From Promethearchaeota archaeon (GTDB lineage Archaea > Asgardarchaeota > Hermodarchaeia > Hermodarchaeales > Hermodarchaeaceae), in the NCBI GenBank assembly GCA_048939625.1, contig JBHLPH010000021.1:1-30894 (forward strand): 30,894 nt of DNA, read 5' to 3'. How positions within the stretch are numbered: the first letter of the stretch is position 1; every line of letters starts with the position of its first letter. Below the pieces are notes generated by a model. That model did no database searches. It was not told the origin of the DNA and worked only from the letters and a program-made list of their open reading frames with translations. Below, piece after piece: positions 17,850 through 25,876 of the stretch. A program made the translations under genes and the position numbers.

Positions 17850-17979
17850 CTTCCAAGGCGATAAAGGGGATAAAGTCTTCCGACACTTCCATAAAAGACA
17901 AATTCTATATCATAAGGGAATCGTTAACAATAGGAGCCTTTTTCTTTTCCTACTCCCATGCTCGATTGTGACGATTCTA

Positions 17980-18264
17980 ATGAAACAAAGAATACATGTG
18001 CAAAAGGAAAAGTGGCACAAATTCGATGGATTAACTCCAGTCCGTAAAGGGCCCTCTCCGTTGCGGTTAATCAATTATCGTGCTTTCATCATACCGATCA
18101 TTATGATGGTGATTGGAGGACTAATTTGGAGCTTAACCGCGTTTTATCAACCCTGGAATTTACAACTTATCCTTTTGGGTCAAATCATCTTCATGATCGG
18201 TATGTTTGTGGCAATTATTCTCGGACTATGGATTATGACAATTGTTCGCATGCCCGTTCGCTGA
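17980..18264 (+). CDS. small hypothetical membrane protein (2 TM, ~94 aa)
   Basis: The in-frame ATG at 17980 (MKQRIHVQKEKW...) avoids overlap with hyuA. Two clear TM segments. Confidence 0.6.
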   Translation: MKQRIHVQKEKWHKFDGLTPVRKGPSPLRLINYRAFIIPIIMMVIGGLIWSLTAFYQPWNLQLILLGQIIFMIGMFVAIILGLWIMTIVRMPVR

Positions 18265-18268
18265 ATGC

Positions 18269-18748
18269 CTATTCTGCTTCAGATTCGGGTGTTATCTCGC
18301 CATTAACACCTATGCGTAGTTTGTGTTTGGGTGTCTTGATATCCTGCCAAGCGGGGCCTATCCATCGACCCACAACGACGCCAAGCATAATGCCGACTAG
18401 TTGAAGCATTATTACTCGCACAATATGGAAAATACCAAAGAGTACAAGGATTTCGAATAGCTCCCAGGTGGCAAAAAGGATTATTGGTAGGACAATTACT
18501 CCATAAAAAATGAGGAATGCCACAAAGATACTCATTAGTCCTGCAAGAATGGCATAATGAATTTCTTCGCTGAACATTCCAACAAGTATCCCAATAATAA
18601 TCATCAAGATTGTGAATACTGCTCCATCTGTAAGACCGACTAAAATAGTGAAGTTGGCAAAGGTAATCATCACTCCACCACAGATAGCAGCGACGAAGAA
18701 TCGGATTATGCTGCCAATCTTCTCTTTTTGTTTTGCTGATATTTCCAT
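18269..18748 (-). CDS. hypothetical multi-pass membrane protein
   Basis: 159 aa with 4-5 hydrophobic helices. Starts 3 nt after the stop of the upstream gene, suggesting an operon. Confidence 0.8.
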   Translation of the reverse strand: MEISAKQKEKIGSIIRFFVAAICGGVMITFANFTILVGLTDGAVFTILMIIIGILVGMFSEEIHYAILAGLMSIFVAFLIFYGVIVLPIILFATWELFEILVLFGIFHIVRVIMLQLVGIMLGVVVGRWIGPAWQDIKTPKHKLRIGVNGEITPESEAE

Positions 18749-18751
18749 TTT

Positions 18752-19276
18752 TTAGATACCCTCAATGACTCCAGTATAGTACGTGGAGAGATATGACATG
18801 GCAATATACAACCAACCACCGATGTAGATACGCATTGGATAGCGGATATACCAGTTCCACTGACCGCTAGACTCAGCGTCAATAATGGTGTTGACGTACA
18901 GTCCGGTCACTAAAATCCGGACGACAATCGTGGTTTCTTGACCAGGTTGCAAGAAAATATCTTGAAAAGTATCAACTTGACTTATATATTCGCCATTCAA
19001 CTCTAAGGAAACCGTGTAGCCCCAAATATGCACCAGCCTAGTGCCATTATTTTGTACTAGAATATCAACTGTGATAAGTCGTTCACTAGCGCTTGGAGTG
19101 GACTTTTCAACGCTCGTGATTGTTGGTCGAAAATGGTTTGCTGTATCATAAACCGCAAAATATTCTACTGATAAAATGATGCTTCCAATTCCAAGGGCAA
19201 TCGTGGTAACGATGAAAACAACTGTAACAAGGTTCCGATAAGACGGTTTGTAGAGCGTTTGTTTCAATCGCATCAT
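18752..19276 (-). CDS. membrane-anchored protein with LEA14/LEA_2-like beta-sandwich
   Basis: Start reassigned to MMRLKQ at 19276. An N-terminal TM is followed by ITVDILVQNNGTRLVHIWGYTVSLELNGEYI...LQPGQETTIVV, a pattern typical of LEA_2/Ig-like domains. Confidence 0.65.
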   Translation of the reverse strand: MMRLKQTLYKPSYRNLVTVVFIVTTIALGIGSIILSVEYFAVYDTANHFRPTITSVEKSTPSASERLITVDILVQNNGTRLVHIWGYTVSLELNGEYISQVDTFQDIFLQPGQETTIVVRILVTGLYVNTIIDAESSGQWNWYIRYPMRIYIGGWLYIAMSYLSTYYTGVIEGI

Positions 19277-19385
19277 AACAGGCACCAGCTGTTTGGCACA
19301 AAGGAACTTCGTTCTAAAAGCTTTCCTCTCCATGCATTTTGAGAATAAATTCTCACTTAATAAGGAGAGGTTACCTTGCACCATA

Positions 19386-19403
19386 AGCAAAGCTTATAAA
19401 AGC
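19386..19403 (+). promoter_or_regulatory. archaeal TATA box upstream of the dpp operon
   Basis: Purine-rich AGCAAAG followed by TTATAAAA (19394-19401), about 50 nt before the dppB start. Confidence 0.5.
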
Positions 19404-19452
19404 CATTACTGCATTGGGCAACGAGCTTTAGAAAAAGCTGGAGGCAAAGCTT

Positions 19453-20433
19453 GTGGGCCTACGCGAGTTCGTCGTACGACGTATAATTAATAGTTTTATC
19501 CTTATTTTAGGCGCTATCACCTTCAACTTCTTCGTTTTCAGGCTTATGCCCGGTGATCCGGTTAGGATATTAATCAGTGGTAATTTACAAGCAAACCAGC
19601 AAGAGCTCGCTGCTGCTCTCCGTGCTATGTGGGGATTAGATCAACCCCTCCCAATACAATTCGTGACATATCTTGTGAATATGTTTACCTTCAACTTTGG
19701 GCACTCTTTTACGGAGGGCTATCGACCTGTGATTGAATCCATCGCTGCCCGACTTCCAAATACGCTCCTCCTCATGGGTACCGCCGCAATAATCACAATT
19801 GTTCTCGGCGTTATCACTGGCATCGCTGCTGCATCAAAGCGTGGAGGATCCTTTGATATGGGCATGGTCGTCACTGCTCTAACCTTCTACTCGATTCCGA
19901 CATTTTGGTTAGGGATGATGTTCATCCTCATGTTTGGGTTCTATCTTCCACTCTTTCCATATGGAGGAACTGTCTCGGTACCAGTTCCTGAAGATCCTCT
20001 TGCTTATGCAATGGATGTTGCGTGGCACCTTGTACTACCCTCTTTGACACTAGCATTAGTCTCGTATGGGGGATACATGCTTGTCATGCGAAATACCCTC
20101 ATTGACGTATTAACAGAGGACTACATCGTAACTGCTCGGGCTAAAGGCGTGGACGAACGCACCGTGTTGTATAAGCATGCTCTGCGAAACGCAATTCTAC
20201 CTCTGGTTACAATGATCGCGTTGACTTTCGGTTTTCTCATAACTGGTGCAACGCTAACAGAAACAGTGTTTAACTGGTATGGCTTGGGTCGGTTGATATT
20301 CGACTCAGTGATGCAACAAAATTACCCAGTGCTACAGGCAATCTTCTATATCATGGCTCTGACCGTAATCATAGCCAACTTCATTGCCGATATCCTCTAT
20401 GGATTCCTTGACCCCCGGGTCAGATACGATTGA
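19453..20433 (+). CDS. dppB: peptide/nickel ABC transporter permease
   Basis: RLMPGDP, GLDQPL..QF, RLPNT, EAA loop EDYIVTARAKG, KHALRNA, ETVF.WYGLG, ADILY..LDPRVR. Confidence 0.95.
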   Translation: MGLREFVVRRIINSFILILGAITFNFFVFRLMPGDPVRILISGNLQANQQELAAALRAMWGLDQPLPIQFVTYLVNMFTFNFGHSFTEGYRPVIESIAARLPNTLLLMGTAAIITIVLGVITGIAAASKRGGSFDMGMVVTALTFYSIPTFWLGMMFILMFGFYLPLFPYGGTVSVPVPEDPLAYAMDVAWHLVLPSLTLALVSYGGYMLVMRNTLIDVLTEDYIVTARAKGVDERTVLYKHALRNAILPLVTMIALTFGFLITGATLTETVFNWYGLGRLIFDSVMQQNYPVLQAIFYIMALTVIIANFIADILYGFLDPRVRYD

Positions 20434-20444
20434 AACTATGGTGA

Positions 20445-22544
20445 TTGCAGATGGTAAGATGGGACGAATATTATCACCGCTTCATGGGATTCTGGAGAGA
20501 ATACCGAAAGAGCAAGATGGGAATCGCTGGACTAGCCATTATCCTATTCTTTCTCGGTATGGCATTGGTTGCCCCTTTGGTGGAACCCTGGCCAGCACCA
20601 ATTCTTGTTAACCAAGCACCACGACTGTCAGCTCCAACGTGGTTATTACCAATCGATCCTTTCGGATTTCAAGCCATCTATCCAATAAATAACTCAGAGT
20701 TTAATGATAATGCGGATAGCTGGCAGTATAATGAAGAACTCCGTGGAGAAGGATTCATTACTGTTCAAAATTCACGATTTGATGCTGATGCTACGGGCTG
20801 GACCTTTACACCATTTGGACCGGGTCAGAGCATTATTTCGGATTTCGTAAATCTCAATGTTGGCTCCACCACTGCTTCGGGAAGTGGGCCAGGCTGCTAT
20901 GAAATCCAATACAACGACTCGAGTACATTGTCTGGGTATGGAACTACTGATGTTTACTTCGATTATGACTTCCTATTTAATGCAAGCCTATTTCCCGTCG
21001 GTTTTACTACCCAGTATCCATCACGAGTTTCAGTCTCTTACAGCATCGAATTCATTATTGACAATACGCTTACAACACTTGGGGATGCTGATGCCATTTT
21101 CCACATTGAAATTTCCAACTCCAGCGGACCCGCCATTGATATCTATAGTCGTCAATACCGAAGTCCTGGCGGGCTCGGGTGGTCCTCTCGGGTTCGCGAA
21201 ATGGACCAAGTAAACATTACAAAAACCTTTACAACGACTGACACAATGACACTGAGCTTTCACATCGAATTTCGGAATCCCATTGCCTTAGATACTCCTC
21301 AGATGATTTGCCGATTGGATGACCTCCAATGCCGCATCGAAGCCCTTTATACTGAAACAACGAATAATCAGTTAATGACAGGTTCATGGGACGGAACTGT
21401 TGGAAGTAACGTTTCCGGACCTGGCAGTTTTCTCTTCACCTACTCTGATCCAGATCCTCTTGAGTACTATCTTGGGTCAACAGCGTCCATCCAAACTGAT
21501 TTTACTTGGGACTATTTTGGTCGACCAAAGGAAGCCTACATCCGCTACACCTACACAATTGAAAATAATGATCCCGGTGGATGGGGTGATGCCTGGGTAA
21601 ACATCATCCAAGAATGCTATGTCGAAAATTCCGGTAACATTGAACAAATCTTCCGTGGAGATAACCTCATACAAGATATTCCATGGACTGCTTCTCCTGA
21701 GAAAGTCTGGGATGCCTTCATGCTAACCAACACCTTCGAACAACGAGGTAAAATGTGGATCATTATCCGCGTGGAAGTAAATGATCCAACTCCTGAAGAC
21801 ACACCTGATATCCGTATCAACTTTGATGATTGTACCTTCGAAATTCTCGGAGGCTATTATGGTGAACTCGGTGCTGGTCAATACGGAGAAGATCTCTGGG
21901 CACAACTCCTCTGGGGATCCCGTATCGCGTTAGTCGTCGGACTTACTGCCGCATTTATCTCAACTTTCGTTGGCCTCATCGTCGGACTCATCTCAGGTTA
22001 CTTCGGTGGCTTAGTGGATGAAGTGCTAATGCGTGTCACAGACTTCTTCCTCATTATACCAGGGCTTCCCCTGATGATTGTACTGGCTGCCATCCTGTCA
22101 CCGCACTGGTGGAACATCGTCTTAGTCATTGCACTAGTTGGGTGGACAGGAACCGCCCGACTAGTTAGAGCACAAGTTCTTGCTGAACGACAACGAGCCT
22201 ATGTTGAAGCCGCCCGAGCCATCGGAGCAAGTGATCTCTACATCATCTTCCGACACGTCCTACCCAATGTCACCCCTCTACTCTTCGCCCAAATCACCTT
22301 AGGTGTTGCTGGGGCAATTCTATCAGAAGCAGGTCTTAGTTTCTTAGGGCTTACACACCCCCACGATGTTAGCTGGGGCCGAATGCTCTTCCAAGCCTCA
22401 GGTGCGGGAGCATATTCTGAAGGAGCTTGGTGGTACGTCTTCTTCCCCGGACTATGCATTGTCCTCTTAGCCCTCTCGTTCACATTAGTTGGCTACGCAG
22501 TCGACGAGATTCTTAATCCACGACTCCGAATCCGGAGGGAGTAA
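20445..22544 (+). CDS. dppC: peptide ABC transporter permease with ~400-aa extracellular insertion
   Basis: N-terminal FWREYRKSKMGIAG + TM. The C-terminal core has G.DLWAQLLWGSRIAL, EAA loop YVEAARAIGAS, RHVLPN, SEAGLSFLGL, SWGRML and NPRLR. Confidence 0.93.
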   Translation: MQMVRWDEYYHRFMGFWREYRKSKMGIAGLAIILFFLGMALVAPLVEPWPAPILVNQAPRLSAPTWLLPIDPFGFQAIYPINNSEFNDNADSWQYNEELRGEGFITVQNSRFDADATGWTFTPFGPGQSIISDFVNLNVGSTTASGSGPGCYEIQYNDSSTLSGYGTTDVYFDYDFLFNASLFPVGFTTQYPSRVSVSYSIEFIIDNTLTTLGDADAIFHIEISNSSGPAIDIYSRQYRSPGGLGWSSRVREMDQVNITKTFTTTDTMTLSFHIEFRNPIALDTPQMICRLDDLQCRIEALYTETTNNQLMTGSWDGTVGSNVSGPGSFLFTYSDPDPLEYYLGSTASIQTDFTWDYFGRPKEAYIRYTYTIENNDPGGWGDAWVNIIQECYVENSGNIEQIFRGDNLIQDIPWTASPEKVWDAFMLTNTFEQRGKMWIIIRVEVNDPTPEDTPDIRINFDDCTFEILGGYYGELGAGQYGEDLWAQLLWGSRIALVVGLTAAFISTFVGLIVGLISGYFGGLVDEVLMRVTDFFLIIPGLPLMIVLAAILSPHWWNIVLVIALVGWTGTARLVRAQVLAERQRAYVEAARAIGASDLYIIFRHVLPNVTPLLFAQITLGVAGAILSEAGLSFLGLTHPHDVSWGRMLFQASGAGAYSEGAWWYVFFPGLCIVLLALSFTLVGYAVDEILNPRLRIRRE

Positions 22545-22550
22545 ACCGAA

Positions 22551-23528
22551 ATGGCCGTATTAGATGTTAAAAATCTGAAAGCCTACTTCTTCGTTGAAAT
22601 GGGCGCAGTCCGTGCTGTTGATAACATAACCTTTGCCTTAGAACGTGGTGAGACCTTAGGCCTCGCTGGCGAATCTGGGTGTGGAAAATCGACAACCGCT
22701 TACGCCCTTCTCAATCTTCTTCCCTATCCTGGAAGAATCGTGGACGGAGAAATTATTCTCGATGGCGAGGACCTTGTCAAAAAATCCAAGGATGAAATGC
22801 AGGAAATCCGATGGAAAGAAATCTCCATGGTCTTCCAAGGAGCTATGAATGCCCTGAATCCCGTCCTCCGGATTAGTGACCAAATCGTCGAAGCAATCAT
22901 GCTCCACGAAGACATCTCCACCGATGAAGCCTTCAAGAAAATGGAAGACATCCTCGAAGTGGTCGGCGTTGACCCCACCCGCGCTACCAACTACCCTCAC
23001 GAATTCAGTGGAGGAATGAAGCAGCGTGTCATGATCGCCATGGCTTTGGTAACAGAACCCAAAGTCCTCATTGCTGACGAACCAACCACAGCCCTTGATG
23101 TGACTGTTGAGGCACAAGTTTTGAAACTCCTGAAAAGCCTTCAACAGAAATTCCACCTCTCAGTGATTCTCATTACCCACGACCTTGCTACCATTGCGGA
23201 AGCTTGTGACCGAGTCGCTATCATGTATGCGGGGCAAATCGTCGAATTTGCCGATGTTGTCACCATCTTCAAGGAACGACTCCACCCCTATACGGAAGGG
23301 CTCATTCGGTCAGTTCCCAGTCTCTTAGGATCAGAATATCTCGTTCACATCCCTGGAGCACCTCCTGGGCTCATCAATCCGCCCTCTGGATGTCGGTTCC
23401 ACCCCCGGTGTCCTATCGCTACTGAAATTTGTATTCAAAAGGAACCGGAGTTCCGAGAAATCAGCGAGAAACATTTCGCCGCATGTCATCACGCTGACCA
23501 ACTCTGGGGGAAGAACGTCTGGAAGTGA
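22551..23528 (+). CDS. dppD: peptide ABC transporter ATPase
   Basis: Walker A GESGCGKST, signature FSGGMKQR, Walker B IADEPTT, H-loop ITHD, C-terminal GCRFHPRCP..C..AAC. Confidence 0.95.
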   Translation: MAVLDVKNLKAYFFVEMGAVRAVDNITFALERGETLGLAGESGCGKSTTAYALLNLLPYPGRIVDGEIILDGEDLVKKSKDEMQEIRWKEISMVFQGAMNALNPVLRISDQIVEAIMLHEDISTDEAFKKMEDILEVVGVDPTRATNYPHEFSGGMKQRVMIAMALVTEPKVLIADEPTTALDVTVEAQVLKLLKSLQQKFHLSVILITHDLATIAEACDRVAIMYAGQIVEFADVVTIFKERLHPYTEGLIRSVPSLLGSEYLVHIPGAPPGLINPPSGCRFHPRCPIATEICIQKEPEFREISEKHFAACHHADQLWGKNVWK

Positions 23529-23532
23529 TCCA

Positions 23533-24555
23533 ATGACCACAGAAGAACCTCTATTTGTAATAAGAAACCTCAAGAAGTACTTCCCAGTCCGACGTGGTTT
23601 AATCGCCCAACTCTTCAGCCGCGAAAAAATCTGGGTAAAAGCTGTCGACGATGTCAGCTTTGACATTTACAAAAACGAAGTCTTTGTACTTGCTGGTGAA
23701 TCTGGATGCGGCAAAACCACCACCGGACGCACTCTCCTCAACCTCACGGAACCAACCGAAGGCACCATAACTTACGGAGGCGTAGACCTCACTCAAATAA
23801 GTAAGCAAGAAATGAAAGCTCTTCGACCAAAACTGCAGATCATTTTCCAAGACCCCTATGAATCCCTCAACCCACGACTCAGCATCCACGACAGTATCGC
23901 CGAAGGACTTCAAGTCAACCGCCTGGCTGATTCGAGAGAAGAACTTCTTGAACGGGTCAAAATGGCTATGGAAGATGTTCGGCTCATTCCCCCCGAAGAT
24001 TTTCTCTACCGATACCCCCACATGTTAAGTGGTGGTCAACGCCAACGTGTCGTTATCAGCCGTGCTATTGTAACGCAACCTGAATTCATTGTCGCGGATG
24101 AACCTGTTTCGATGCTTGACGCCTCGATTCGTGCTGAAATCCTTAGCCTTCTCAAAGAGCTTATCAAAAAATACGATTTGACCTATTGTTATATCACTCA
24201 CGATTTAGCCTCAGCCCGGTATATTGGTGACCGAATTGGTATCATGTACCTGGGCAAAATTGTTGAGTATGGGCCAGTGGGTCAAGTGATTGATAATCCG
24301 AAGCACCAGTATACAGCGATTCTCGTCTCTGCGGTGCCGATTCCTGATCCCACTTTGACACATACTAGGCGTGCACCAGTTGGTGAAGTTCCATCTCCAA
24401 TCAATCCTCCTTCAGGGTGTCGTTTCCATCCCCGATGTCCAATGGCAGACGAAAAATGTCGGCTTGAAGAACCACCCTTTAAGGAAGTAGAAAAAGACCA
24501 TTATGCTGCCTGTTGGCATTGGTTCGATAAATCCCAATGGGAAAACGAAAAATAG
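23533..24555 (+). CDS. dppF: peptide ABC transporter ATPase
   Basis: GESGCGKTT, FQDPYESLNPR, LSGGQRQR, VADEPVSMLD, ITHD, GCRFHPRCP..C..AAC. Confidence 0.95.
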   Translation: MTTEEPLFVIRNLKKYFPVRRGLIAQLFSREKIWVKAVDDVSFDIYKNEVFVLAGESGCGKTTTGRTLLNLTEPTEGTITYGGVDLTQISKQEMKALRPKLQIIFQDPYESLNPRLSIHDSIAEGLQVNRLADSREELLERVKMAMEDVRLIPPEDFLYRYPHMLSGGQRQRVVISRAIVTQPEFIVADEPVSMLDASIRAEILSLLKELIKKYDLTYCYITHDLASARYIGDRIGIMYLGKIVEYGPVGQVIDNPKHQYTAILVSAVPIPDPTLTHTRRAPVGEVPSPINPPSGCRFHPRCPMADEKCRLEEPPFKEVEKDHYAACWHWFDKSQWENEK

Positions 24556-24597
24556 GATTTCACGTGTGGGTGAAACTCCTATTCCCCCTTTCTTTTA
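24551..24597 (+). terminator. stem-loop + pyrimidine tract ending the dpp operon
   Basis: AATAGGATTTCAC-gtgtgg-GTGAAA(C)TCCTATT forms a 13-bp stem with one bulge, overlapping the stop codon, followed by CCCCCTTTCTTTT. Confidence 0.65.
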
Positions 24598-24644
24598 ACA
24601 ACACCTCTAAATTTCATTAAATTAAAAAAAGTAAAGTCTGATGT

Positions 24645-25385
24645 CTAGGGATAAAGGCGCTGGATGATTTTAGGTGTTTGGGGGGTACTCCGTTGAAGAT
24701 ATCTGTCCTGAGCAAACATTTCAAAGAATTTAGCAATTTCTTTAAGTTTACCCATTAGATCGATTATCGTCTTCTTTTCAATATCTTCTTGGTAGATAGC
24801 TGCTTCAATATTATAGAAGGTAGTTTCAGCAAATTTTGTAGCAGCTTCGTTATTTCTTGGGACCTGGTTATTTGCAAGGCTGATGAAGGTGTCAGCTAAG
24901 TCAAGATAAATTGTTCTGATGGAGTCCAAAGTTGCTGAATATTGTTTCCCTTGGAGCAGCTGGTATGTAATTAGGGATTGAAAATTCTCTAAGATTACCT
25001 TGCCATCATCTTGAAATTCAACGCGAATTTCTGGAGGTGGAAACAGGGGATCAATGAGGCGGAGAGCATACATTTCAGCCTCTGACCGGTCTAGTCCGTC
25101 CAGAATAAGGGCGTTTTGCATCTCCTCACGCGCAAAGCGCCATATGATTTTCTGATTGATTTGTTTAGTTTGGGGAATAAGAATAAAATGCAGGCTGATA
25201 CCAAGACCGTACTGGCTTTTGGGTCCACTTAACATAAAGGGGCTTCCCGTATCCAGAGGGATAGTTTCAGATATCTCTGCTTTCTCTCGTCGATCCTTCT
25301 GATGGGTAGTTTTGAAGAGCTTGAGTAGAGGTACAAAAATCGTTGAAGAGGGAGGTTTAGGTTTACGGCGATAGAAAAACAGCAT
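24645..25385 (-). CDS. hypothetical soluble protein
   Basis: 246-aa ORF filling the gap downstream of the wHTH gene. No motif recognised. Confidence 0.7.
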   Translation of the reverse strand: MLFFYRRKPKPPSSTIFVPLLKLFKTTHQKDRREKAEISETIPLDTGSPFMLSGPKSQYGLGISLHFILIPQTKQINQKIIWRFAREEMQNALILDGLDRSEAEMYALRLIDPLFPPPEIRVEFQDDGKVILENFQSLITYQLLQGKQYSATLDSIRTIYLDLADTFISLANNQVPRNNEAATKFAETTFYNIEAAIYQEDIEKKTIIDLMGKLKEIAKFFEMFAQDRYLQRSTPQTPKIIQRLYP

Positions 25386-25442
25386 CTTAATTCGCTCAGG
25401 AATAGAGTAGTGGGTGGAGTTGGCGGCTGTGAATAGAAATAG

Positions 25443-25715
25443 CTACCGGTTCATGCGGCGTTCCACATGAAGCATAAATAGGGTCTGTCGAAGATCGGTG
25501 AGGTTTGGAACCCGCGCAACGACACCTTCAGCGACGAGTCGTTTCAAGGCGTATCGGACAGTGCGTGGGGCTAGATTCGTGGTTTGGACTATCTCTTTGC
25601 TAGTCATTGGACCTTTCGATTCAATAACGCGAACGATTTTTGAGGCACTGGGGGGTTCCCTATGACTCCTAAACCATTTCACATTGCCACCCAATAGCTT
25701 TTCAGAGCTTGACAA
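25443..25715 (-). CDS. small winged-helix transcription regulator (archaeal MarR-like)
   Basis: PPSASKI...GPMTSKEIVQTTNLAPRTVRYALKRL...DLRQTLF, a typical archaeal wHTH pattern. TTG start uncertain. Confidence 0.85.
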   Translation of the reverse strand: MSSSEKLLGGNVKWFRSHREPPSASKIVRVIESKGPMTSKEIVQTTNLAPRTVRYALKRLVAEGVVARVPNLTDLRQTLFMLHVERRMNR

Positions 25716-25777
25716 TTAAAAGGGTTTCGAATCCTGCAACGTCATTAGTCGATTTTTGCATCGCATTTTCGTGGTTT

Positions 25778-25840
25778 CTTTATAAAGGATAAAACTGGGG
25801 GCGCAAAAGACACATTAACCTATAAAAAGCCCTTATACCT
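25778..25840. promoter_or_regulatory. divergent promoter region between wHTH and S8 protease
   Basis: Perfect palindrome CTTTATAAAG (25778-25787) and AAAAAGCCCTTATA (BRE/TATA-like, ~25824-25837). Confidence 0.5.
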
Positions 25841-25876
25841 CACTATTCGGGAACCTACTGCAAAGTAGGACAACGG

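Noticed and set aside
17764-17979. N-terminal extension of the 166-aa plus ORF
   Set aside because: It overlaps the hyuA 5' end antisense and its promoter. ATG 17980 gives a cleaner gene.
19277-19390. N-terminal extension of the 212-aa minus ORF
   Set aside because: It runs through the AT-rich divergent promoter region. MMRLKQ at 19276 precedes the TM as expected.
20688-21850. DppC insert, or the S8 Asp-His insert, as an intein
   Set aside because: There is no C/S...HN-C/S/T splice-junction pattern and no LAGLIDADG motif. The composition is that of extracellular beta domains.
23380-24520. Near-duplicate Cys-rich C-termini of DppD and DppF (NPPSGCRFHPRCP)
   Set aside because: This is the ordinary conserved oligopeptide-ATPase C-terminal (Fe-S-binding) domain of the two paralogues.
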